DNA from: Mobula hypostoma
Lineage: Eukaryota
Assembly (NCBI RefSeq): GCF_963921235.1
Contig: NC_086101.1
Span: 117,676,001 to 117,740,000 of the forward strand
Reading direction: 5' to 3'
Length of the DNA stretch: 64,000 bases
A program made the position numbers and the translations under genes. The notes beneath the pieces were generated by a model that worked only from the letters and a program-made list of their open reading frames with translations, did not search any database and was not told the DNA's origin. Positions 1 through 11,451 of this stretch are shown in pieces; the first letter of the stretch is position 1, and the number at the start of each line of letters is the position of its first letter.

Positions 1-152
1 AGTTCGCAACTACAGATGCGCTGTTACACGATTAGTTGAGGAGGGCAAAGGGTCAGAATGGGTTTGTTGGGTGAATGCATCATACAACCCAGTAGCACAT
101 TCAGTGGACAGGAGGTCGTGCAACACAGACCGAGGTGGAATGGGGCTCTTAC

Positions 153-302
153 CAAGTACGCCGAGTCGGTAGTTGATAGTGACCACTATAACGTTGCCGT
201 AGCTTGCCAAGACACTTCCCTCGAACATATTCCCTGTTCCCTCCATGTATGATCCTCCATGCACAAACATCATCACCGGCTTGGGACCGCTGTCTCTGAT
301 AT
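153..302 (-). CDS. NLGN2: Neuroligin (NLGN2-like) constitutive coding exon following splice site A, cholinesterase-like domain; 150 nt, phase 1/1
   Basis: Translates (D)[49 protein letters not shown](G), the conserved neuroligin [11 protein letters not shown] block. Acceptor tctctctttcag|AT, donor TTG|gtaaga. MxFxHGG and NMF resemble NLGN2 more than the MVYIHGG of NLGN1/3/4. Family is certain; the paralogue call is less so. Confidence 0.95.
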
Positions 303-372
303 CTGAAAGAGAGAGGAACACGCAAGGTCTTAGGCGCTGCTCAGTTTAACGCCGGCTGCCTCACCCACAGGA

Positions 373-450
373 CAGGAGCTCCCGACCTTTTTTATGCGAT
401 TGACCCCGACCATTAACCAAGGGGCCCTTCGACCCCAGGATGGGAACCCC
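373..450. mobile_element. hAT-like MITE (~80 bp), degenerate copy
   Basis: caggagctcccgacc...ggatgggaacccc termini; homologous to copies at 7422, 10359, 31686 and 61996. Confidence 0.65.
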
Positions 451-1129
451 CCTCCCCCCCACCGTAGGAAATCGAGCAGAAGGAGGTCATACAACCCTCA
501 TTCATTGAGAAGACTTGAGATCTCCCTCAGACCCAAGCCCTGGTACTGCCCACCCGCGAATCTATAGAACCCTGCTTTGAACCACAGGTTGGAACTCTCT
601 AATCTGGCACCTTTGGAACCTGACCAACTCCAGCTTCTCCTCTGAGCATCTCCCTCTGAACTGGAGAACTCTTCTTGCCAGTCTCATGTTATCGGAGCAG
701 ACTCCCCAAACACAAAGTCTGTTCACTTTTGGTATCATGAGCAGTTAGAGATGTTCACGCCATGGAAATTCTCTGGTCCAGCACCCTTGGGTCTGACTGG
801 TACCAGGCCACAAAATAATTCCATATCACAGGAATTTCTTCCCTCCCTCATCATCCACCTCTGAGTAGGGGAACCTTCCTGCTAAGTGTAGACGCTGCCC
901 AGTCCATCACCCAAAGTTCCCCTAAGATAGAAACACTCTCAGCTGAGATTTTAAAAGTTACCCGGGTAGGTTAGTTCACTGTGCTTTAGTATAGATCTTC
1001 ATTAAGATTAGCTCTCAGGTAGATGTTAGATAGAAGTAGTTAACTATTGCAGATCTGTACAAGAGATTCAGAATATATTGGACCACGAGGGACACCAGAC
1101 TACCAGACAGTTTCAACTGGTATAGCAGA

Positions 1130-1188
1130 ATGGCACAGTGAGTGCAGCCACTGCTGCCCAGCACCAGAGACCTGGGTTCCATCCTGAC

Positions 1189-1224
<36 letters not shown>

Positions 1225-1282
1225 TGTGTAAGGCATGTGGGTTTCTACCAGGTGTTCCAGTTTCTTCCCACATTCCAAAGCT
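1130..1282 (+). mobile_element. tRNA-derived V-SINE fragment with internal (TG)n
   Basis: tggcacagtg...ctgggttccatcctgac A/B-box-like head and gggtttc...ggtgttccagtttcttcccacattccaaag V-domain. Confidence 0.75.
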
Positions 1283-1409
1283 GGTAAAAGATCTGAGCTG
1301 AATACAATATTGTTCCTTCCTGTGGACCCATTAAGAAGGTGAGTTGTGCGAGTAGCTCAGATGGAAATCTTCAAATATTCCCATTTAACTTTTAGCTATT
1401 AGAATATAT

Positions 1410-2030
1410 AAGATCTTAAGACCATAAAATATCGGAGCAGAATTAGGCCAATTGTCCCATTGAATCTTCTCCATTATCTCATCATGGCTGATCCATTTCT
1501 CTCTCAGCCCCAGTCTCCTGCCTTCTCCTCGTATCCCTTCATGCCCCGAGTAATCAAGAATCTATCAACCTCTGTGTTAAATACACCCAATGACTTGGCC
1601 TCCACAGCCACCTGTGGCAACAAATTCCACAGATTCACTCTCTAGCTGAAGGAATTCCTCATCGCTGTTCTAAAAGGGCACCCCTCTATTCTGAGGCTGT
1701 GTCCTTTGGTCTTAGACTCCCCCACCACAGGAAACATCCTCTCCACATCCACTCTATTAAGGAAGGCCTTTAAACATTCGATAGGTTTCAATGAGATCCC
1801 CCCTCATTCTTCTGAATTCCAGTGAGCATAGGCCCAGAGCCATCAAACGCTCTTCATATGACAAGCCTTTCAATCCTGGAATCATTTTCACGAACCTCCT
1901 TAGAACCCTCTCCAGTTTCAGCACATCCTTTCTTAGATAACGGGCTCAAAACTGCTCACAATACTCTGAGCGAGGCCTCACTAGTGCCTTATAAGGCTTC
2001 AACATTACATCCTTGCTTTTATATTCTATA
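1410..2030 (-). mobile_element. CR1 LINE 3' fragment
   Basis: Reverse complement of the CR1 ORF2 C-terminus and 3'UTR with (tcttatgg)-like tail; same family as 44265, 50520, 54255, 59730 and 61735. Confidence 0.85.
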
Positions 2031-2409
2031 TACACCTCTTACCGAAATCCACCGTTTTTATTATGTATTGCAATGTGCTGCTGTCAGTCAACAAATTTCA
2101 TGACATGAGCCTGTGATATTGAACCTGATTCTGATTCTGATCCTGGACATCTCTGTAATTACCTGCCACTGCTGAAATGCACTCGTTTAAGAGTCATTGA
2201 AAGTGAGAGTCTTACAGCGCGGAAGCAGGAGTTTCGGCCCAACCCGTCACTGCCGACCAAGATGCCCATCCAACTTTTACTCTATCAACAAGTTTCAGCT
2301 GCATTCCTCTCAAAATTAACACAAATCCTTTGTATTTATCAAGGAAGTCTGAGGCAGGTGTATTTCTAATTTGTACAATGTAAAAAAATGTTCTAATTGT
2401 CCACCTTTT

Positions 2410-2625
2410 CTACGCATTTGACTACTTTGTAAACTTCTAACAGGTCACCCCTCAGCTTCCAACGCTCTAGAAAAAACAACCTAGGTTTGTCCAACCCTCT
2501 CCTTACAGCTCATACCCTTGAATCCTGGTAGCCCTCTTCTTGACAACTTTTCTAAGCCTCCACCTCCTTTCTATAATGGAGCGGCCAGAATTGTAAGCAA
2601 TACTCTAAATGTGACCTGACCAATT
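2410..2625 (-). mobile_element. CR1 LINE ORF2 fragment
   Basis: LVRSHLEYCLQFWPLHYRKEVEA, a CR1 C-terminal motif. Confidence 0.75.
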
Positions 2626-2799
2626 TAATTTCTTTGACCACTGGTGATAGGACAACCCTTTCATGCTTGGAATTAGCCTGGTGAATATTTTCTAGACTTC
2701 TCCAACACTGACAGAACCCTTTTGAAATGTGGACAAACACTACATCCAGAAGTGCAGGAGATTGGTTGAGCTACAGAGGGTGGTTGGGGGGCGTGTTTA

Positions 2800-2995
2800 A
2801 GGGTGGGTGCCATGGTTAACCAGGCATTGGAGTTCAGAATTCAATCCCACAGTAAGGCGCTTGTATGTTCTCCCCATGGCCACGAGGGTTTTCTCTGGGT
2901 GCTCTGGTTTCTTCCCACAGTCCAAAGTAGTATTGGTCATTGTAAATTGTCCCGTGATTAGGCTAGGTTTAAATCATGGATTGCTAGATCAAAGA
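2800..2995 (+). mobile_element. V-SINE copy
   Basis: gggttttctctgggtgctctggtttcttcccacagtccaaag...gtcattgtaaattgtcccgtgattaggctagg. Confidence 0.75.
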
Positions 2996-3179
2996 CCCGC
3001 TTAATATTCCTCCTACCACCACCATGGCCATTCCCTTTCTCTCTTCTGCCTTCTGAGAGAAGATACAGGAGTTTGAAAGCCCGGACAACTGGACTTAAGA
3101 AGAGCTCCTTCCCCGCTGCTGTCAGCTCCTGAACTAGTCACTGCTCTCACATCCTTTTCCCAGTGAGGATGCCACGTTA

Positions 3180-3660
3180 GAATCATAAATTCATAGAAAA
3201 TTACAGAACAGAAACAGGCCCTTCAACCCATCTAGTCTGTGCTGAACCATTCAAACTGCCTACTCCCATCAACCATAGCCCTCTGTACCCCTGCTATCTA
3301 TGTACCTATCCAAACTTCCCTCAAACGTTGAAACCGAGCTCTCATGCATCACTTGTGGTGGCAGCTCGTTCCACACTCTCACAACCCTCTGAGTTAAGAA
3401 GTTTTCCCTCATGTCCTCTTAAACTTCTTACCCTTCACCCTTAACCAATGATCTCTCATTGTAGTCCCACCCAAACTCAATGGAAAGAGCTTGCTTGTAT
3501 TTACCCTATCTACACCTCTCATAATTTTGTATACCTCTATCAAATCTCCGTTCAATCTTCTACATTGCAAAGAATAAAGTTCTAACCTGTTCAATCTTTC
3601 CTTATAACTCAGGTCCACCTGTCCTGACAACACCCTGTAAATGTTCCTGAACTCTGAACT
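3180..3660 (-). mobile_element. CR1 LINE 3' fragment
   Basis: SYKERLNRLELYSLQCRRLNGDLIEVYKIMRG followed by the 3'UTR. Confidence 0.88.
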
Positions 3661-3825
3661 CTTCCTTTTCCATCACTGCCCTTCTCTTGGCACTGTCTCA
3701 GAGTACACCACCGTCTCGGTGACATTCTGTGGTTTTGCACTTGCTGGTATTTATCATTGTTGTACATGCTGCTTACGCTGTGAGCTTCACACAAGGGAAG
3801 AACTTTATTGCCCACCAGCAAACAC

Positions 3826-3907
3826 CTGAATCTGAATCTGAATCTGAATTTGAAATGGAACCTGAACCTGAATCTGAATAAGAATATGAAATTGAATCTG
3901 AATCTGA
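3826..3907 (+). repeat. (TGAATC)n microsatellite (LINE tail expansion)
   Basis: ctgaatctgaatctgaatctg... about 13 imperfect units. Confidence 0.85.
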
Positions 3908-4044
3908 AAGGCATGACCTCACACTCGCCCGCGTTAAACTCCACACTCACCCACTCGCTCGGCCAGTTCAGGTCCATCTGCAGGGTCCTGTTACCTTCAT
4001 CCCAGCCTTCCCTCCCAACTACTTCCATGCCGTTGGTAAACTCG

Positions 4045-4310
4045 GGCAACCACAGTGGTTAGTGTGAGGTTACTACAGCTTTGGGCCTCAGAGTTTGGGG
4101 TTCAATTCTAGGGCCTTCTATAAGGAGTTTGTACATTCCTCCGGGTGCTCCGGTTTCCTCCCACAGTCCAAAGACGCACCGGTTGGTAGGTTAACTGGTC
4201 ATTGTAAATTGTCCCGTGATCAGGCTAGGGTTAAATCAGTGGGTTACTGGGCAGCAAAGGGCTGGATGAGCCAGATGGACCCGTTGTGCATTTTATCTCC
4301 AAATAAATAA
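4045..4310 (+). mobile_element. V-SINE, near full length
   Basis: tRNA-like head, V-domain (ccgggtgctccggtttcctcccacagtccaaagac) and aataaataaa tail. Confidence 0.85.
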
Positions 4311-4764
4311 ACAGACGCTCTGCCCACGCTGCAGATCAATAATGTGAGCAGCAAGTAACTGAGGGCCCCATGCGTGTGGGTGAGGAGGGGACGAGGTGGG
4401 AATGTGGGAGAGGTTTGGTTATAGGAAATAATATGCGGAAATGGGAACTGATGAGATTGCTCCGCGAGCCGGTGGAAACTCGATGGACCAAATGGCCTCC
4501 ATCCATTTGTATCAGTTCATTATTATCATCACATACTAAATAGTTCATCCATTACATACGTCAAGGTAGCTCAAAGAGAAGGAGGCTGCAGAATACAGAG
4601 AAAGGGCAGTGCAGGTAGGCAGGCAAGGTGCGAGGGTCATGGCAAGGTAGACTGGGAAATCAAGAGTTCATCTTTAGCAAATAGCAGGGCAGGAGCTGTT
4701 CTTGAGCCTGGTGGTAGTTGTTTCCAGGTTTTTGTATCATGGGGTGGGGGTGGACAAGAGATAC

Positions 4765-5103
4765 TGGTTTGATTGAGTTGATCTTCCATCCTGGCAAACG
4801 TTTCGTATACCAAGCGAGGAGACACCGTCAGTGCGCTGTTGATTATGGTGTGTCCCCCGAACGCTTGGCCTTTACGTGCTTTTCAATCAGCTGATTGCTC
4901 ACTATTTCAGAAACTCAATGTGATGTGGGGAGGAGGTCTCGTCGCTGACTGGTTGTGTAGTGAACTTTGTGCGTTGTGGTCTGGAACTTTGCACAGAGAT
5001 GTCTCCTCGTGTGATGACAAGACATTGAGGAATAAATTGCCAAGAACAGAGATCAACTCAACCCGACCACCAACCACCCAAGCCACACATTTTCCGAATT
5101 ATT
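4765..5103. mobile_element. Penelope-like element remnant with inverted termini and degenerate hammerhead motif, inserted in a Rex-Babar fragment (4560-5385)
   Basis: Minus 4836-4772 gcactgacggtgtctcctcgcttggtatacgaaacgtttgcc...gatcaactcaa mirrors plus 4991-5061 gcacagagatgtctcctcgtgtgatgac...gatcaactcaa. Confidence 0.55.
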
Positions 5104-5788
5104 TCCAGGAGAGAGACTGGTCGGGCTGGGAGTGGTCCTTCATTATGTTGACTGCTTTCTCGAGGCAGCAGGAGGTATAGATGGAGTCAATGCAAAGGGG
5201 TGGGGTCTGGTTTCTGTGATGTTCTGAGCTGCATCCACAACTCTCTACAGTTTCTTGTGTCCTGGGCAGAGCAGTTGCCATCCCAAGCCATGATACTTAT
5301 GTAAAGATGGGCAAGGGTCATCAGGGAGAGGCCCAATGTCCTCAGTCTTCTGAAGAAGTAGAGGTGTCGGTGTCCTTTCTTAGAACTGAATAGAATTTAG
5401 ATAGGTGGAACTGCTAGATCTGATGATTGGTCCTCCGTCTCTGGCTGGCCCTCACTGGTGAGGGTGGCATTCTTTGCCCCATGCCCCCGAATGGGGCTCT
5501 TTCCTCCAACTCTGCCTGCTGTGAGGCACTTTCCAGATACAAGTGGAGGGACATCCCAGCAGGAGCAGCTGTCTTTGTAAGCAAGCACCTTTGCATCATC
5601 CCCTACCTGGCCCACGTGTCCTTGAAACAAACCCTACGCCCCTCCGACTCAAGGCGCACTACAAAAGCTCCAGTTAAACTGCGGATCTTAATCCCTCCCC
5701 TCAGTGCAAAGTCACTACAGTGAGAGGCAGCTCGCCCGTCGGTTAACAAAATAAACAGAGAGAGAGACTTTGGAACCAAACAGCGTAC

Positions 5789-5887
5789 TTGGTTGGTTGT
5801 GGAGTGGCTGACTAGATGAGCTGGAGTCAAAGCTGCGAGCTGGTTGGCTCCAACCAGGACTCTTTCTGTGCAGCAGAGGAAGAGGGT
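5789..5887 (-). CDS. Candidate novel 99-nt cassette exon at neuroligin site A: (D)PLPLLHRKSPGWSQPARSFDSSSSSQPLHNQP(N)
   Basis: Long polypyrimidine acceptor ttttctccctctcttcccttttcag|AC and donor CAA|gtacgc. Length 99 nt, phase 1/1, no stop in the neuroligin frame, in a non-repeat island. No transcript evidence available. Confidence 0.5.
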
Positions 5888-6019
5888 CTGAAAAGGGAAG
5901 AGAGGGAGAAAACTGAAAAGAGTGAAAAATAAAGAAGGCAGTACTCTTTCCCCTCCATCCCCACTCCCTCCCACACTTCACGCTAACAAACTCTCTGGCA
6001 GACTCCTGTTGCAAGCCCT

Positions 6020-7395
6020 GACTGGTTACATCATGGTATTCAAAGGTGTGGGGATGTATAAGCTGCAGAGGGTAGCGGACTCTGACCAATACCTCATGGG
6101 CACATCCTCCCCACCACTGGCAGTATTTACAGAAGATGCTGCCTCAAGAAGGCAACATCCATCATCAAAGATTGGGACTATGCTTTCTTCTTGCAGTTGC
6201 CATTGGGTAGAAAAGTACAGAAACAGAAAAACGCGGTGAGTTTTGCAACTAATACCCTTGGTCCACGTTAACAGCTCAACCAACCTCATTCTGCAGGTTA
6301 TCCATTACTGTTGGAGCACTCTCTGTGGGAGCCACCATACAAAAGGTACTGGATCCAGTCCAGTACATCACAGGTAAACCTCTCCCAGCCATTGAGCACG
6401 TCTACATGACATGCTGTTGTAGGAAAGCAGCATCCATCATCAGAGATCCCCACCACCCGGGACATGCTCTCTTCTCACTGCTGCCGGCAGGTAGAAGGAA
6501 CAGGAGCCTCAGTACTCACACCACCAGGTTCAAAAATAGTTACTACCTCTCAACCATCAGGTCCTTGAACAAAAGGGGATAACTACACACACTTGTCCCA
6601 TTATTCAAATGTTCCCACAACCAATTATCTCACTTTAAGGACTTGTTATCGCATTACCTCATGTTCTCATTATTTATTTATATTTGCATTTGCACAGTTT
6701 GTTGTCTTCTACACTCTGGTTGATCTTTCATTGATCCTGTTTACAGTCACTATTCTATAGATTTGCTGAGTATGCCCACAGGAAAATGAATCTCAGGGTT
6801 GTGTATGGTGACCTATGTGTACTTTGATAATAAAATTTACTTTGAACTTGAACATTGAAATAGATTGCACACCAGTGGCTATACTTCATTAGGAGTTGAG
6901 GAGACCTGATGCACCACCAAAGGTGTTAGCAAATTTCTGCCGATGTACAGTGGAGAGCATTGTGACTGGTCACATCACGGTCTGGCACAGAGGCTCCCAT
7001 GCACGGGACTGCAAGCCACTGCACACTGTTGTAGACTGAGCCAACTTCATCATGGGCACTAGCCTCCCAACTGTAGAGGATACTTTCAAAAGCTGACGCC
7101 CCAAGAAGGTGGCACCCGACATTAAGGACCCTCACCACCTGAGACATGCCCCCTTCTTGCTAGGACCACTGAGGACCCTGAAGATTCATACCCAGCATCT
7201 TCTTCCACTCTGCCACCGGATTTCTGAACGGTCCAGGAAACCATAATCACTATCTCACTTTTCCTCTTCTTTTCCAATTTTAAATTTTACTTTTTATTGT
7301 AACTTGTAGCAATTTTTTATTATCTTGCACTCTACTTCGATCACACAACAACAAATTTCACAGTATATTTCACTGATAATACGCCTGATTCTTAA
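6020..7395 (+). mobile_element. Cluster of three Rex-Babar-type LINE 3' fragments
   Basis: RKAASIIRDPHHPGHALFSLLPAGRRNRSLSTHTTRFKNSYYLSTIR motif, and tails ending actttgaac and cctgattct. Confidence 0.85.
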
Positions 7396-7421
7396 CAGAA
7401 TGAGACAATACCCTTCTAACC

Positions 7422-7500
7422 CATGTGCTCCCAACCACTTTTATGCCATGGACCCCTGCCAATAACTGAGTGGTCCATGGGTGCAGGTTGGGAGCTCCTC
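7422..7500. mobile_element. hAT-like MITE with 8-bp TSD
   Basis: TIRs catgtgctcccaacc / ggttgggagctcctc; flanks ttctaacc and ttctaccc (7/8 match). Confidence 0.75.
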
Positions 7501-7880
7501 TTCTACCCAAAGGGGATGTGTGCATGATACCTAAATTCTCGTGGATTTGTATAATCCAAAAAGCCTGTTCCAAAGGACATGAATGGGAGGACTATGGTCT
7601 GGATGCAGGCCGATGGGACGAGGCAGAATAATAGTTCAGAGTGGACTTTATGGGCCAAAGGGCTTATTTCTGTGCAGCAGTTTTATCTGATTCTATGACT
7701 CTCTCTCTCACTCTCTACAGCCTCCTGCGCTATTACACTTGCTCAAAGAACAGTGTCTCATTTTCCAGCCTTCCTAACTCAATAAAAAGTTCTCAAACTT
7801 CACTCATTTACATAGAAATCCAGTGGACAAGTAGACCCTTCTGGCCCTTCCGGTTATGCCCCCCAGCATCTCACAGATTT

Positions 7881-8125
7881 AACCCTAGACCAATCACTGG
7901 GCAGTTTACAATAAATCAGAATCAGGTGTAACCCCAGACCAATCACTGGACAGTTTACAATGAATCAGAATCAGGTTTAACCCTAGACCAATCACTGAAC
8001 AGTTTACAATGAATCAGAATCAAGTGTAACCCTAGACCAATCACTGGACAGTTTACAATGAATCAGAATCAGGTGTAACCCTAGACCAATCACTGGACAG
8101 TTTACAATGAATCAGAATCAGGTGT
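7881..8125 (+). repeat. 49-bp tandem repeat, 5 copies
   Basis: Unit aaccctagaccaatcactggacagtttacaatgaatcagaatcaggtgt starts at 7881, 7930, 7979, 8028 and 8077. Confidence 0.92.
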
Positions 8126-8810
8126 AATATCACCAGCACACATTGTGAAATTTGTTGACTTTGTGACAGCAATACAATGCAATACATGAGAAAAAAAGAC
8201 TGTGAATTATAGTAAACATACTTAAAATACTTAAGTAAGTAGTGCAAGAATAGAAATAAAAATGTAGTGAGGTAGTGTTCATGGTTTCAATGTCCATTCA
8301 GAAATCTGATGGCAGAGAGGAAGTTGTTCCTGAATCGCTGAGTGTGTGTCTTCAGGCTTCTGTACCTCCTTCCTGATGGTAGCAATGAAACAGGGCATGA
8401 CCTGGGTGATGGGGATCCTAAAAAATGGCCGCCACCTTTTTGAGGCATGTTTTTGAAGATATCCTGGATACCATGGAGGCAAGTGCCCATGATGGATGTG
8501 ACTCAGTTTACAATGCTTTGCAGCGTGTTTCAATCCTGTGCAGTGTCCCCCACCCCTATACCAGATGGTGATGCAGCTGGTTAGAATGCTCTTCACAGTA
8601 CACCTGTAGAAATTTGGTGACATACCAAATCTCCTGTAACTCCTAATGAAATATAGCCGCTGTCCAGCCTTCTCTGTGGCTGCATAGATATGTTGGGTCC
8701 AGGATAGATCCTCAGAGATATTGACATCCAGGAAATTGAAATTGCTCACTCCTTCCACTTCTGATCCTTCTAAAGGACTGGTGTGTGTTCTCTCGTCTTA
8801 CCCGTCTTGA
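8110..8810 (-). mobile_element. Rex-Babar-type LINE 3' fragment
   Basis: ISEDLSWTQHI...QRLYFIRS...FYRCTVKSILTSCITIWY and LLPSGRRYRSLKTHTQRFRNNF. Confidence 0.88.
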
Positions 8811-9209
8811 AGCCCAATTAACCTACCCAGTACGAATTCGGACTGTGGGGGGAAAGTGGAGAAAAGCAAGGAAACCCACATGTTCACCAAGAGTAAATAC
8901 AAATTCCTTGAGAGATGGCATCAAAATTGAACTCTGAACTCTGACCCTCCCTCCCACATGTAACAGCAGCGCACTAACCACTACGCCATCATGGCACCAA
9001 TTTAGATAGTTCAATTTCTGTCTGTATCGGAATTAGCCAATATTGCCTGTTATTATCTTGGCACAGTGTTTTATTGTCCCTTTTTTCTATCAGCTGATCT
9101 ACGGACATGTTGTACGTTGCCATAAGCAACACATTACACAAAGGAACTTAATTTGTCCCCCCAAAAAAATTGTCCTTAACACAGGACACATTTACACAGG
9201 TCCTTCTAG

Positions 9210-10010
9210 AGTCATAGAGTCATAGAAAACTACAGCACAGAAACAGGTCCTTTGGCCCATCTAGTTTGTCCTTAACCACTTAAGCTGCCTACTCCCATCA
9301 ACCTGCATCCAGGCCATTACCTTCCATACCCTTCCATCCATGTACCTATCCAAAGTTCTCTTAAATGTTGAAATCAAAATCACATACACCACTTGCGCTG
9401 GCAGCTCGTTCCACACTCTCACCACTCTCTGAGTGAAGAAGTTTCCCCTCATGTTCCCCTAAACTTTTCACCTTTCACCCTTAACCTATAGCCTCTAGTT
9501 GTAGTCTCACCCAACCTCAGTAGAAAAAGCCTGCTTGCATTTACCCTATCTATACTCCTCATAATTTTATATACCTCAATCAAATCTCCCCTCAATCTTC
9601 TATATGCCAAGGAATAACTTTCTAACCTATTTAATCTTTTCTAATAACTTAGTTTCTCCAATCCTGGCAACAACCTTGTACCTTTTCTCTGTACACTTTC
9701 AACCTTTTTTTACATTTTTTTTCTGTAGGTAGGTGACCAAAACTGCGCACAATACTCCAAATTAGGCTTCACCGATGTGTTATACAACTTCAACATAACA
9801 TTCCATCTCCTGTACTCAATATATTGATTTATGAAGGCCAATCTGCCAAAAGCTTTCTTTACGACCCTATCTACCTGTGATGACACTTTCAATAAATTAT
9901 GAACCTCTATTCCCAGATCCCTTTGTTCTACCACACTTCTCAGTGCCCTACCGTTCACTGTTCAAAATCTACCCTGGTTGGTCCTTCCAAAGTCCAACAC
10001 CTCACACTTG
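9210..10010 (-). mobile_element. CR1 LINE 3' fragment
   Basis: EQRDLGI...DRVVKKAFG...PNLEYCAQFWSPTYRK and NFFTQRVVRVWNELP. Confidence 0.9.
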
Positions 10011-10358
10011 TCTACCCACGTCATCCCTCTGTTCTACCATTCCACCCTCTAATAAGTGAAAAACTTGTCTTCTCTTCTTCCCAGTTCTGCCAGGTCTCAG
10101 ACATGAAACACTCACTCTGCCACCTCCCCACAGATGGTGTCTGACATGTCGAGTGTTTTCAGCATTTTTTTAAAATTTTGGGCTTCTGACATCTGTGGTT
10201 ATTTTTATGATCACCAAATTTCACACCCATTTAGCAGAATGATAAATTCTTTTTCCTACAGCTGTCATGAACCGGGAATTATTTTTAGCACTCAAAGCCG
10301 AGACAGGTGGACAGCTGGTATCATTTATCCAAGGTAAAAGTATCTGATACATTTAAGA

Positions 10359-10437
10359 CAGGGGTTCCCAACGATTTTTATGCCATGGAACCCTACATTA
10401 ACCAAGGGGTCCGAGGACCCCAGGTTGAGAATTCCTG
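10359..10437. mobile_element. hAT-like MITE with 8-bp TSD
   Basis: caggggttcccaacg...ggttgagaattcctg flanked by atttaaga / atttaagg. Confidence 0.8.
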
Positions 10438-10469
10438 ATTTAAGGTGAGAAGGAGAAGTTCAAAGGAGA

Positions 10470-11060
10470 TAGACCATAGAGTCATATGAAACTTCAGCAC
10501 AGAAACAGGCCCTTTGGCCCACCTAATCCATGCTGAACCACTTGGACTGCCTACTCCCATCGAACTGTACTAGGACCATAGCCCTCCATACCCTTACCAT
10601 CTACGTACCTATCCAAACTTCTCTTAAATGTTGAAATTGAGCTCACATGGACCACTTGTGCTGGCAGCTCGTTCCATATGACTCTCTGAGTGAAGAAGTT
10701 TCCCATCATGTTCCTCTTAAACATTTCATCTTTCACCCTTAACCCATGACCTCTAGTTATCCCACCCAACCTCAGTAGAAAAAGCCTCCTTGCATTTACC
10801 CTATCTATACCTCTATCAAATCTCCCCTCAACCTTCTACGTTCCAAGGAATTGAGCTCTAACCTATTCAGTCTGATAACGCAGGTCCTCCAGTCCCAGTA
10901 ACATCCTTGTAGATTTTCTCTGTTCTCCTTCAACCTTATTTACACCTTTCCTGTAGGTCAGTGACCAAAACTGCACACAATAATCTAAATGAGGCCTCAC
11001 CAATGTCTTATACAACTTCACAATAACGTTCCATTTCTTGTACTCAATACATTGAGTTAT
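10470..11060 (-). mobile_element. CR1 LINE 3' fragment
   Basis: TRGHGLRVK...NFFTQRVIWNELP. Confidence 0.88.
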
Positions 11061-11149
11061 GACGTGCGGGATAGTTTATTTTTTAATTTGGATAGGGGAG
11101 TACCTGGACTGGTACTGACAGCGAGGCGGTGGAGGCAAGTACTTAAATA

Positions 11150-11392
11150 TTTATTTATTTGTTGAGATACAGCACAAAATAGGCCCTTTGGGCCCTTCCA
11201 GCCACACAGCCCAGCAACCCTCGATTTAACCCTAGCCCAGTCACAGGACAATTTACAATGTCCAATTAACCTATGTGGCACAACTTCGGACTGTGGGAGG
11301 AAACCCACTCAGTCATGGTAGGAATGTACAAGCTCCTTACAGCAGCGCAAGGAATTACAGCGTTGTGCTAACCATATGCTACCATACCACCC
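11150..11392 (-). mobile_element. V-SINE copy
   Basis: Reverse complement of the SINE body (ggactgtgggaggaaacc on plus) with a tatttatttattt tail. Confidence 0.8.
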
Positions 11393-11451
11393 TATGATGG
11401 ATGTGTTTAGGAAGTTCTTAGACATGCCCTGGGACGTGCAGAGAATGGCAG

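Noticed and set aside
10-321. 103-aa ORF as a standalone gene
   Set aside because: Only 153-302 is neuroligin exon; the rest is intron read-through past canonical splice sites.
5607-5658. Strong donor CAG|gtaggg with upstream ttttgtag acceptor
   Set aside because: 52 nt, not frame-preserving, weak pyrimidine tract.
7881-8125. CRISPR-like regular repeat
   Set aside because: Head-to-tail tandem units with no unique spacers, in eukaryotic SINE/LINE-derived sequence.
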